Shown: piece after piece, positions 30,201 to 45,200 of the stretch
Layout of the letters: each line of letters starts with the position of its first letter
Position numbering within the stretch: the first letter of the stretch is position 1
DNA from: Mobula hypostoma
Lineage: Eukaryota
Length of the DNA stretch: 64,000 bases
Direction of reading: 5' to 3'
Assembly (NCBI RefSeq): GCF_963921235.1
Contig: NC_086098.1
Location: 868,001 to 932,000 of the forward strand
Position numbers and translations under genes: made by a program
Notes under the pieces: generated by a model
Databases searched by the model: none
What the model was told of the DNA's origin: nothing
The model's input: only the letters and a program-made list of their open reading frames with translations

Positions 30201-33200
30201 ACCCCCGTGAATACTGTGACATACAAAACCCCCCGTGAATACTGTAACATACTGAAACCCTCATGACTATTGTAACACACTGAATCCCCCGTGAATATTG
30301 TAACACACTGAAACCCCCATCACTATTGTATCACACTGAAACCCCCTGTGACTATTGTAACACACTGAAACCCCCGTGAATATTGTAACACACTGAAACC
30401 CCCGTGACTATTGTAACACGCTGAAACCCCAGAGACTATTGTAACACATTGAAACCCCCGTGAATATTGTAACACACTGAAATCCCCGTGAGTGTTATAA
30501 CACACTGAAACCCACGTGAATATTGTGACACTCTGAAACCCCCGTGACTATTGTAACATGCTGAAACCCCCGTGAATATTGTAACACACTGAAACCCCCA
30601 TGACTATTGTAACACACTGAAACCACCGTGAATATTGTAACACACTGAAACCCCCGTGACTATTGTAACACACTGAAACCCCCGTGACTATTGTAACACA
30701 CTGAAAGCCCCGTGAATATTGTAACACACTGAAACCCCCGTGACTATTGTAACACACTGAAACCCCCGTGACTATTGTAACACACTGAAACCCCCGTGAC
30801 TGTTGTAACACACTGAAACCCCGATCACTGTTATAACACACTGAAACCCCCGTGAATATTGTAACACGCTGAAACCCCCGTGAATATTGTAACACACTGA
30901 AACCCCCGTGACGATTGTAACATACTGAAACCCCTGTGACTATTGTAACACACTGAAACCCCTGTGACTATTGTAACACACTGAAATCCCCGTGACTGTT
31001 GTAACACACTGAAACCCCTGTGGATATTGTAACACACTGAGACCCCGGTGGCTATTGTAAAACACTGAAACCTCCGTGAATATTGTAACACACTGAAACC
31101 CCAGTGACTATTGTAACACATTAAAACCCCCGTGAATATTGTAACACACTGAAACCCCCGTGACTATTGTAACACACTGAAACCCCCGTAACTATTGTAA
31201 CATACTGAAACCCCTGTGACTATTGTAACACACTGAAACCCGCATCACTATTGTAACGCACTGAAACCCCCTGTGACTACAGTAACACACTGAAACTCGC
31301 AACACTATTGTGACACACTGAAATCCCCGTGGCTATTGTAAAACACTGAAACCTCCGTGAATATTGTAACACACTGAAACCCCAGAGACTATTGTAACGC
31401 GCTGAAACCCCCGTGACTATTGAAACATGCTGAAACCTCCTGTGACTATTGTAACACGCTGAAACCCCCGTGATTATTGTAACATACTGAAAGCCCCGTG
31501 AATACTGTAACACACTGAAACCCCCGTGACTATTGTAACACATTGAAAGCCCCATGAATATTGTAGCACGCTGAAACCCCCGTGACTATTATAACACGCT
31601 GAAACCTCCTGTGACTATTGTAACACGCTGAAAACCCCGTGACCATTGCAACACACTGAAACCCCCGTGACTATTGTAACGCACTGAAACGCTTGAGAAT
31701 ATTATAACGCACTGAAGCCCCCGTGACTATTGTAACAAACTGAAATCCCCGTGACTATTGTAACACACTGAAACGCTTGAGAATATTGTAACGCACTGAA
31801 ACCCCCGTGGCTATTGTAACACACTGAAACCCCCGTGAATATTGTAACACACTGAAACCCCCGTGGCTATTGTAACACACTGAAATCCCCGTGACTATTG
31901 TAACACGCTGAAACCCCCGTGACTGTTGTAACACGCTAAAACCCCTGTAAATATTGTAACACACTGAAACACCTGTGCCTATTGTAACATGCTAAAACCC
32001 CCGTGACTATTGTAACACGCTGAAACCCCCGTGAATATTGTAACAAACTGAAATCCCCGTGAGTGTTATAACACACTGAAACCTCCGTTTATATTGTAAC
32101 ACACTGAAACCCCAGAGACTATTGTAACACGCTGAAACCCCCGTGACTATTGTAACATGCTGAAACCTCCTGTGACTATTGTAACACGCTGAAACCCCCG
32201 TGATTATTGTAACATACTGAAACCCCCGTGAATACTGTAACACACTGAAACCCCCGTGACTATTGTAACACATTGAAAGCCCCGTGAATATTGTAACACA
32301 CTGAAACCCCCATGACCATTGTAACACACTGAAACCCCAGAGACTATTGTAACACGCTGAAACCCCCGTGACTATTGTAACACGCTGAAACCTCCTGTGA
32401 CTATTGTAACACGCTGAAACCCCTGTGATTATTGTAACATACTGAAACCCCCGTGAATACTGTAACAGACTGAAACCCCCGTGACTATTGTAACACATTG
32501 AAAGCCCCGTGAATATTGTAACACACTGAAACCCCCGTGACCATTGTAACACACTGAAAGCCCCGTGACTATTGTAACGCACTGAAACCCCCGTGACTAT
32601 TGTAACACACTGAAACGCTCGAGAATATTGTAATGCACTGAAACCCCCGTGACTATTGTAACAAACTGAAATCCCCGTGAGTGTTATAACACACTGAAAC
32701 CCCCGTGAATATTGTGACACTCTGAAACCCCCGTGACTATTGCAACATGCTGAAACCCCCGTGAATATTGTAACACACTGAAACCCCCGTGACTATTGTA
32801 ACACACTGAAACCACCGTGAATATTGTAACACACTGAAACCCGCGTGACTATTGTAACACACTGAAAGCCCCGTATATATTCTAACACACTGAAACCCCC
32901 ATGACTATTGTAACACACTGAAATCCCGGTGACTATTGTAACATACTGAAACCCCCGTGACTGTTGTAACACACTGAAACCCCCATCACTATTGTAACAC
33001 ACTGAAACCCCCATGACGATGGAAACACACTGAAACACCCGTGTCTGTTGTAACACACTGAAACCCCCGTGAATATTGTGACACGCTGAAACCCCCGTGA
33101 CTATTGTAACACGCTGAAACCCCTGTGAATATTGTAACACACTGAAACCCCTGTGACCATTGTCAAACACTGCCCTATCACTATTGTAAAAAACACTGAA

Positions 33201-36200
33201 ACCCCCGTGACTATTGTAACACACTGAAACCACCGTGAATATTGTAACACTCTGAAACCCGCGTGACTATTGTAACACACTGAAACCCCCGTGAATATTG
33301 TAACACACTGAAACCCCCATGACTATTGTAACACACTGAAATCCCGGTGACTATTGTAACATACTGAAACCCCCGTGACTGTTGTAACACACTGAAACCC
33401 CCATCACTATTGTAACACACTGAAACCCCCATGACGATGGAAACACACTGAAACACCCGTGTCTGTTGTAACACACTGAAACCCCCGTGAATATTGTGAC
33501 ACGCTGAAACCCCCGTGACTATTGTAACACGCTGAAACCCCTGTGAATATTGTAACACACTGAAACCCCTGTGACCATTGTCAAACACTGAAACCCCTAT
33601 CACTATTGTAAAACACTGAAACGCCCTGTGACTATTGTAACCCACTGAAACCCCCGTGGCTATTGTAACACACTGAAACCCCCGTGACTATTGTAACACA
33701 CTGAAACCCCCTGTGACTATTGTGACACGCTGAAACCCCCGTGACTATTGTAACACACTGAAACGCTCGAGAATATTGTAACGCACTGAAACCCCCGTGA
33801 CTATTGTAACAAACTGAAATCCCCGTGAGTGTTATAACACACTGAAACCCACGTGAATATTGTGACACTCTGAAACCCCCGTGACTATTGTAACATGCTG
33901 AAACCCCCGTGAATATTGTAACACACTGAAACCCCCATGACTATTGTAACACACTGAAACCACCGTGAATATTGTAACACACTGAAACCCGCGTGACTAT
34001 TGTAACACACTGAAAGCCCCGTATATATTCTAACACACTGAAACCCCCATGACTATTGTAACACACTGAAATCCCGGTGACTATTGTAACATACTGAAAC
34101 CCCCGTGACTGTTGTAACACACTGAAACCCCCATCACTATTGTAACACACTGAAACCCCCATGACGATTGTAACACACTGAAACACCCGTGTCTGTTGTA
34201 ACACACTGAAACCCCCGTGAATATTGTGACACGCTGAAACCCCCGTGACTATTGTAACACACTGAAAACCCCGTGAATATTGTAACACACTGAAACCCCT
34301 GTGACCATTGTCAAACACTGAAACCCCTATCACTATTGTAAAACACTGAAACGCCCTGTGACTATTGTAACCCACTGAAACCCCCGTGGCTATTGTAACA
34401 CACTGAAAACCCCGTGACAATAGTAACACACTGAAACCCCCATGAATATTGTAACACACTGAAACCCCCGTGACTATTGTAACACACTGAAACTCCAGTG
34501 AGTATTGTAACATACTGAAAACCCCTTGACTATTGTAACACACTGATACCCACATCACTATTGTAACACACTGAAACCCCCTGTGACTATTGTAACACAC
34601 TGAAACTCCCATCACTATTGTAACACACTGAAACCCCCATGACGATTGTAACACACTGAAACCCCCGTGACTATTGTAACACACTAAAATCCCCATGACT
34701 GTTGTAACACACTGAAACCCCCGTGAATATTATGACACGCTGAAACCCCTGTGACCATTGTCAAACACTGAAACCCCTATCACTATTGTAAAACACTGAA
34801 ACACCCTGTGACTATTGTAACCCACTGAAACCCCCGTGGCTATTGTAACACACTGAAAACCCCGTGACTATTGTAACACACTGAAACCCCCATGAATATT
34901 GTAACACACTGAAACCCCCGTGACTATTGTAACACACTGAAACTCCCATCACTATTGTAACACACTGAAACCCCCGTGACTATTGTAACACACTGAAACC
35001 CCCGTGAATATTGTAACACACTGAAACCCCCGTGACTATTGTAACACACTGAAACGCTTGAGAATATTGTAACGCACTGAAACCCCCGTGGCTATTGTAA
35101 CACACTGAAACCCCCGTGAATATTGTAACACACTGAAACCCCCGTGGCTATTGTAACACACTGAAACCCCCGTGAATATTGTAACACACTGAAACCCCCG
35201 TGGCTATTGTAACACACTGAAACCCCCGTGACTATTGTAACACACTGAAACCCCCGTGACTATTGTAACACACTGAAACCCCCGTGAATATTGTAACACA
35301 CTGAAACCCCCATGACTATTGTAACACACTGAAATCTCCATGACTGTTGTAACACACTGAAACCCCCGTGAATATTATGACACGCTGAAACCCCCTTGAC
35401 TATTGTAACACGCTGAAACCCCCGTGAATATTGTAACACACTGAAACCCCTGTGACCATTGTCAAACACTGAAACCCCTATCACTATTGTAAAACACTGA
35501 AACACCCAGTGACTATTGTAACCCACTGAAACCCCCGTGGCTATTGTAACACACTGAAAACCCCGTGACTATTGTAACACACTGAAACCCCCATGAATAT
35601 TGTAACACACTGAAACCCCCGTGACTATTGTAACACACTGAAACTCCCATCACTATTGTAACACACTGAAACCCCAGAGACTATTGTAACGCGCTGAAAC
35701 CCCCGTGAGTATTGTAACATGCTGAAACCTCCTGTGACTATTGTAACACGCTGAAACCCCCGTGATTATTGTAACATACTGAAAGCCCCGTGAATACTGT
35801 AACACACTGAAACCCCCGTGACTATTGTAACACATTGAAAGCCCCGTGAATATTGTAACACGCTGAAACCCCCGTGACTATTGTAACACGCTGAAATCTC
35901 CTGTGACTATTGTAACACGCTGAAAACCCCGTGACCATTGCAACACACTGAAACCCCCGTGAATATTGTAACGCACTGAAACCCCCGTGACTATTGTAAC
36001 ACACTGAAACGCTTGAGAATATTGTAACATGCTAAAACCCCCGTGACTATTGTAACACGCTGAAATCCCCGTGAATATTGTAACAAACTGAAATCCCCGT
36101 GAGTGTTATAACACACTGAAACCTCCGTGAATATTGTAACACACTGAAACCCCAGAGACTATTGTAACACGCTGAAACCCCCGTGACTATTGTAACACGC

Positions 36201-39200
36201 TGAAACCTCCTGTGACTATTGTAACATGCTGAAACCCCCGTGATTATTGTAACATACTGAAACCCCCGTGAATATTGTAACACACTGAAACCCCCATGAC
36301 TATTGTAACACGATGAAACCACCGTGAATATTGTAACACACTGAAACCCCCGTATATATTCTAACACACTGAAACCCCCATGACTATTGTAACACACTGA
36401 AATCCCGGTGACTATTGTAACATACTGAAACCCCCGTGACTGTTGTAACACACTGAAACCCCCATCACTATTGTAACACACTGAAACCCCCATGACGATT
36501 GTAACACACTGAAACACCCGTGTCTGTTGTAACACACTGAAACCCCCGTGAATATTGTGACACGCTGAAACCCCCGTGACTATTGTAACACGCTGAAACC
36601 CCTGTGAATATTGTAACACACTGAAACCCCTGTGACCATTGTCAAACACTGCCCTATCACTATTGTAAAACACTGAAACGCCCTGTGACTATTGTAACCC
36701 ACTGAAAACCCCGTGACAATAGTAACACACTGAAACCCCCATGAATATTGTAACACACTGAAACCCCCGTGACTATTGTAACACACTGAAACTCCAGTGA
36801 GTATTGTAACATACTGAAAACCCCTTGACTATTGTAACACACTGATACCCACATCACTATTGTAACACACTGAAACCCCCTGTGACTATTGTAACACACT
36901 GAAACTCCCATCACTATTGTAACACACTGAAACCCCCATGACGATTGTAACACACTGAAACCCCCGTGACTATTGTAACACACTGAAACCCCCATCACTA
37001 TTGTAACACACTGAAACCCCCGTGAATATTGTAACACGCTGAAACCCCCGTGACTATTGTAACACACTGAAACCCCCGTGACTATTGTAACACACTGAAA
37101 CCCCCGTGACTATTGTAACACACTGAAACCCCCGTGAATATTGTAACACACTGAAACCCCATCACTATTGTAACACACTGAAATCCCCTGTGACTATTGT
37201 AACACACTGAAACTCCCATCACTATTGTAACACACTGAAACCCCCGTGGCTATTGTAACACACTGAAACCCCCGTGAATATTGTAACACACTGAAACCCC
37301 CGTGACTATTGTAACACACTGAAACCCCCGTGACTATTGTAACACACTGAAACCCCCGTGACTATTGTAACACACTGAAACCCCCGTGAATATTGTAACA
37401 CACTGAAACCCCCGTGACTATTGTAACACACTGAAACCCCCGTGAATATTGTAACACACTGAAACCCCCGTGACTATTGTAACACACTGAAACCCCCGTG
37501 ACTATTGTAACACACTGAAACCCCCGTGACTATTGTGACACGCTGAAACCCCCGTGACTATTGTAACACACTGAAACGCTCGAGAATATTGTAACGCACT
37601 GAAACCCCCGTGACTATTGTAACAAACTGAAATCCCCGTGAGTGTTATAACACACTGAAACCCCCGTGAATATTGTGACACACTGAAACCCCCGTGACTA
37701 TTGTAACACACTGAAACCCCTATCACTATTGTAAAACACTGAAACGCCCTGTGACTATTGTAACCCACTGAAACCCCCGTGGCTATTGTAACACACTGAA
37801 ACCCCCGTGACTATTGTAACACACTGAAACTCCAGTGAGTATTGTAACATACTGAAAACCCCTTGACTATTGTAACACACTGATACCCACATCACTATTG
37901 TAACACACTGAAACCCCCTGTGACTATTGTAACACACTGAAACTCCCATCACTATTGTAACACACTGAAACCCCCATGACGATTGTAACACACTGAAGCC
38001 CTGGTGAATATTGTGACACGCTGAAACCCCCGTGACTATTGTAACACACTGAAACTCCAGTGAGTATTGTAACATACTGAAAACCCCTGTGACCATTGTC
38101 AAACACTGAAACCCCTATCACTATTGTAACACACTGAAACCCCCTGTGACTATTGTAACCCACTGAAACCCCCGTGGCTATTGTAACACACTGAAACCCC
38201 CGTCACTATTGTAACACACTGAAACCCCCATGACGATTGTAACACACTGAAACCCCAGTGACTATTGTAACACACTGAAACTCCCATCACTATTGTAACA
38301 CACTGAAACCCCCATGACGATTGTAACATACTGAAAGCCCGCTTGAATATTGTAACACACTGAAACCCCCGTGACTATTGTAACACACTGAAACTCCAGT
38401 GAGTATTGTAACATACTGAAAACCCCTTGACTATTGTAACACACTGATACCCACATCAATATTGTAACACACTGAAACCCCCTGTGACTATTGTAACACA
38501 CTGAAACTCCCCTCACTATTGTAACACACTGAAACCCCCGTGGATATTGTAACACACTGAAACCCCTGTGACCATTGTCAAACACTGCCCTATCACTATT
38601 GTAAAACACTGAAACGCCCTGTGACTATTGTAACACACTGAAAACCCCGTGATATATTGTAACACACTGAAAACCCCATGACTATTGTAACACACTGAAA
38701 TCCCGGTGACTATTGTAACACACTGAAACCCCCCTGACTATTGTAACACGCTGAAATCCTCATGCGTACTGTAAAACGTTGAAACCCACATGATTATTGT
38801 AACACACTGAAACCCCCGTGACTATTGTAACACACTGAACCCCCCTTGAATACTGTGACATACAGAAACCCCCGTGAATATTGTAACACACTGAAACCCC
38901 CGTGACTATTGTAACACACTGAATCCCCCGTGAATATTGTAACACACTGAAACCCCCATCACTATTGTATCACACTGTAACCCCCTGTGACTATTGTAAC
39001 ACATTGAAACCCCCATGAATATTGTAACACACTGAAACTCCAGTGAGTATTGTAACATACTGAAAACCCCTTGACTATTGTAACACGCTGATACCCACAT
39101 CACTATTGTAACACACTGAAACCCCCTGTGACTATTGTGACACGCTGAAACCCCCGTGACTATTGTAACACACTGAAACGCTCGAGAATATTGTAACGCA

Positions 39201-42200
39201 CTGAAACCCCCGTGACTATTGTAACACACTGCCCTATCACTATTGTAAAACACTGAAACGCCCTGTGACTATTGTAACACACTGAAAACCCCGTATATAT
39301 TCTAACACACTGAAAACCCCATGACTATTGTAACACACTGAAATCCCGGTGACTATTGTAACACACTGAAACCCCCCTGACTATTGTAACACGCTGAAAT
39401 CCTCATGCGTACTGTAAAACGTTGAAACCCACATGAATATTGTAACACACTGAAACCCCCGTGACTATTGTAACACAGTGAAACCCCCGTATATATTCTA
39501 ACACACTGAAATCCCGTTGACTATTGTAACATACTCAAAACCCTGTGACTGTTGGAACACACTGAAACCCCCATCACTATTGCAACACACTGAAACACCC
39601 GTGACTGTTGTAACACACTGAAACCCCCCTGACTATTGTAACACGCTGAAACCCACATCACTATTGTAACACACGTTGAAGCCCACATGAATATTGTAAC
39701 ACACTGAAACCCCCGTGAATATTGTGACACGCTGAAACCCCCGTGACTATTGTAACACACTGAAAACCCCGTGAATATTGTAACACACTGAAACCCCTGT
39801 GACCATTGTCAAACACTGAAACCCCTATCACTATTGTAAAACACTGAAACGCACTCTGACTATTGTAACCCACTGAAAACCCCGTGGCTGTTGGAACACA
39901 CTGAAACCCCCATCACTATTGTAACACACTGAAACACCCGTGACTGTTGTAACACACTGAAACCACCCTGACTATTGTAACACGCTGAAATCCTCATGCG
40001 TACTGTAACACACTGAAACCCCCATGACTATTGTAACACATTGAAAGCCCCGTGACTATTGTAACACACTGAAACGCTCGAGAATATTGTAACGCACTGA
40101 AACCCCCGTGACTATTCTAACAAACTGAAATCCCTGTGAGTGTTATACAACACTGAAACCCCCGTGAATATTGTGACACGCTGAAAGCCCCGTGACTATT
40201 GTAACACACTGAAACCCCTATCACTATTGTAAAACACTGAAACCCCCTGTGACTATTGTAACACACTGAAACCCCCGTGAATATTGTAACACACTGAAAC
40301 CCCCGTGACTATTGTAACACACTGAAACTCCAGTGAGTATTGTAACATACTGAAAACCCCTTGACTATTGTAACACACTGATACCCACATCACTATTGTA
40401 ACACACTGAAACCCCCTGTGACTATTGTAACACACTGAAACTCCCATCACTATTGTAACACACTGAAACCCCCATGACGATTGTAACACACTGAAAACCC
40501 CGTGACTATTGTAACACACTGAAACCCCCGTGGATATTGTAACATACTGAAACCCCCGTGACTGTTGTAACACACTGATACCCACATCACTATTGTAACA
40601 CACTGAAACCCCCTGTGACTATTGTGACACGCTGAAACCCCCGTGACTATTGTAACACACTGAAACTCCAGTGAGTATTGTAACATACTGAAAACCCCTT
40701 GACTATTGTAACAAGCTGTTACCCACATCACTATTGTAACACACTGAAACCCCCTGTGACTATTGTAACACACTGAAACTCCCCTCACTATTGTAACACA
40801 CTGAAATCCCGGTGACTATTGTAACATACTGAAACCCCCGTGACTGTTGTAACACACTGAAACCCCCATCACTATTGTAACACACTGAAACGCCAATGAC
40901 GATTGGAACACACTGAAACACCAGTGTCTGTTGTAACACACTGAAACCCCTGTGAATATTGTGACACGCTGAAACCCCCGTGACTATTGTAACACGCTGA
41001 AAACCCCGTGAATATTGTAACACACTGAAACCCCTGTGACCATTGTCAAACACTGAAACCCCTATCACTATTGTAAAACACTGAAACGCCCTGTGACTAT
41101 TGTAACCCACTGAAACCCCCGTGGCTATTGTAACACACTGAAACCCCCGTGAATATTGTAACACACTGATACCCACATCACTATTGTAACACACTGAAAC
41201 CCCCTGTGACTATTGTAACACACTGAAACTCCCATCACTATTGTAACACACTGAAACCCCCATGACGATTGTAACACACTGAAACCCTCGTGAATATTGT
41301 AACACGCTGAAACCCCCGTGACTATTGTAACACACTGAAACTCCAGTGAGTATTGTAACATACTGAAAACCCCTTGACTATTGTAACACGCTGATACCCA
41401 CATCACTATTGTAACACACTGAAACCCCCTGTGACTATTGTAACACACTGAAACCCCCGTCACTATTGTAACACACTGAAACCCCCGTGATTATTGTAAC
41501 ACACTGAAACCCCCGTGAATATTGTAACACACTGAAACCCCTGTGACCATTGTCAAACACTGAAACCCCTATCACTATTGTAAAACACTGAAACGCCCTC
41601 TGACTATTGTAACCCACTCATAACCCCGTGACTGTTGGAACACACTGAAACCCCCATCACTATTGTAACACACTGAAACACCCGTGACTGTTGTAACACA
41701 CTGAAACCACCCTGACTATTGTAACACGCTGAAATCCTCATGCGTACTGTAAAACGTTGAAACCCACATGAATATTGTAACACACTGAAACCCCCGTGAC
41801 TATTGTAACACACTGAAAACCCCGTATATATTCTAACACACTGAAACCCCCATGACTATTGTAACACACTGAAATCCCGGTGACTATTGTAACATACTGA
41901 AACCCCCGTGACTGTTGTAACACACTGAAACCCCCATCACTATTGTAACACACTGAAACCCCCATGACGATTGTAACACACTGAAACACCCGTGTCTGTT
42001 GTAACACACTGAAACCCCCGTATATATTCTAACACACTGAAATCCCGTTGACTATTGTAACATACTCAAAACCCCGTGACTGTTGGAACACACTGAAACC
42101 CCCATCACTATTGCAACACACTGAAACACCCGTGACTGTTGTAACACACTGAAACCCCCCTGACTATTGTAACACGCTGAAATCCTCATGCGTACTGTAA

Positions 42201-45200
42201 CACGTTGAAACCCACATGAATATTGTAACACACTGAAACCCCCGTGAATATTGTGACACGCTGAAACCCCCGTGACTATTGTAACACACTGAAAACCCCG
42301 TGAATATTGTAACACACTGAAACCCCTGTGACCATTGTCAAACACTGAAACCCCTATCACTATTGTAACACACTGATACCCACATCACTATTGTAATACA
42401 CTGAAACCCCCTGTGACTATTGTAACACACTGAAACTCCCATCACTATTGTAACACACTGAAACACCCGTGACTGTTGTAACACACTGAAACCACCCTGA
42501 CTATTGTAACACGCTGAAATCCTCATGCGTACTGTAACACACTGAAACCCCCATGACTATTGTAACACATTGAAAGCCCCGTGACTATTGTAACACACTG
42601 AAACGCTCGAGAATATTGTAACGCACTGAAACCCCCGTGACTATTGTAACAAACTGAAACCCCCGTGACCATTGTAACACACTGAAACCCCCGTGACTAT
42701 TGTAACGCACTGAAACCCCCGCGACTATTGTAACACGGTGAAACCCCTATCACTATTGTAAAACACTGAAACGCCCTGTGACTATTGTAACCCACTGAAA
42801 CCCCCGTGGCTATTGTAACACACTGAAACCCCCGTGACTATTGTAACACACTGAAACTCCAGTGAGTATTGTAACATACTGAAAACCCCTTGACTATTGT
42901 AACACACTGATACCCACATCACTATTGTAACACACTGAAACCCCCTGTGACTATTGTAACACACTGAAACTCCCATCACTATTGTAACACACTGAAACCC
43001 CCATGACGATTGTAACATACTGAAGCCCTCGTGAATATTGTGACACGCTGAAACCCCCGTGGATATTGTAACATACTGAAACCCCCGTGACTGTTGTAAC
43101 ACACTGATACCCACATCACAATTGTAACACACTGAAACCCCCTGTGACTATTGTGACACGCTGAAACCCCCGTGACTATTGTAACACACTGAAACTCCAG
43201 TGAGTATTGTAACATACTGAAAACCCCTTGACTATTGTAACACGCTGATACCCACATCACTATTGTAACACACTGAAACCCCCTGTGACTATTGTAACAC
43301 ACTGAAACTCCCCTCACTATTGTAACACACTGAAACTCCAGTGAGTATTGTAACATACTGAAACCCCCGTGACTGTTGTAACACACTGAAACCCCCATCA
43401 CTATTGTAACACACTGAAACCCCCATGACGATTGTAACACACTGAAACACCCGTGTCTGTTGTAACACACTGAAACCCCCGTGAATATTGTGACACGCTG
43501 AAACCCCCGTGACTATTGTAACACGCTGAAAACCCCGTGAATATTGTAACACACTGAAACCCCTGTGACCATTGTCAAACACTGAAACCCCTATCACTAT
43601 TGTAAAACACTGAAACGCCCTGTGACTATTGTAACCCACTGAAACCCCCGTGGCTATTGTAACACACTGAAACCCCCGTGACTATTGTAACACACTGATA
43701 CCCACATCACTATTGTAACACACTGAAACCCCCTGTGACTATTGTAACACACTGAAACTCCCATCACTATTGTAACACACTGAAACCCCCATGACGATTG
43801 TAACACACTGAAGCCCTCGTGAATATTGTGACACGCTGAAACCCCCGTGACTATTGTAACACACTGAAACTCCAGTGAGTATTGTAACATACTGAAAACC
43901 CCTTGACTATTGTAACACGCTGATACCCACATCACTATTGTAACACACTGAAACCCCCTGTGACTATTGTAACACACTGAAACTCCCCTCACTATTGTAA
44001 CCCACTGAAACCCCCGTGGATATTGTAACACACTGAAACCCCTGTGAATATTGTAACACACTGAAACCCCTGTGACCATTGTCAAACACTGAAACCCCTA
44101 TCACTATTGTAAAACACTGAAACGCCCTCTGACTATTGTAACCCACTCATAACCCCGTGACTGTTGGAACACACTGAAACCCCCATCACTATTGTAACAC
44201 ACTGAAACACCCGTGACTGTTGTAACACACTGAAACCACCCTGACTATTGTAACACGCTGAAACCCCGTGAACTATTGTAACACACTGAAACCCCCGTGA
44301 CTATTGTAACACACTGAAACCCCCGTGAATATTGTAACACACTGAAACCCGCGTGACTATTGTAACACACTGAAAGCCCCGTATATATTCTAACACACTG
44401 AAACCCCCATGACTATTGTAACACACTGAAATCCCGGTGACTATTGTAACATACTGAAACCCCCGTGACTGTTGTAACACACTGAAACCCCCATCACTAT
44501 TGTAACACACTGAAACCCCCATGACGATTGTAACACACTGAAACACCCGTGTCTGTTGTAACACACTGAAACCCCCGTATATATTCTAACACACTGAAAT
44601 CCCGGTGACTATTGTAACATACTCAAAACCCCGTGACTGTTGGAACACACTGAAACCCCCATCACTATTGCAACACACTGAAACACCCGTGACTGTTGTA
44701 ACACACTGAAACCCCCCTGACTATTGTAACACACTGAAACCCCCGTGACTATTGTAACACACTGAAACCCCCGTGACTATTGTAACACACTGAAACCCCC
44801 GTGACTATTGTAACACACTGAAACCCCCGTGAATATTGTAACACACTCAAACCCGCGTGACTATTGTAACACACTGAAAACCCCGTGAATATTGTGACAC
44901 GCTGAAACCCCCGTGACTATTGTAACACACTGAAAACCCCGTGAATATTGTAACACACTGAAACCCCTGTGACCATTGTCAAACACTGAAACCCCTATCA
45001 CTATTGTAAAACACTGAAACGCCCTGTGACTATTGTAACCCACTGAAACCCCCGTGGCTATTGTAACACACTGAAACCCCCGTGACTATTGTAACACACT
45101 GAAACTCCAGTGAGTATTGTAACATACTGAAAACCCCTTGACTATTGTAACACACTGATACCCACATCACTATTGTAACACACTGAAACCCCCCGTGACT

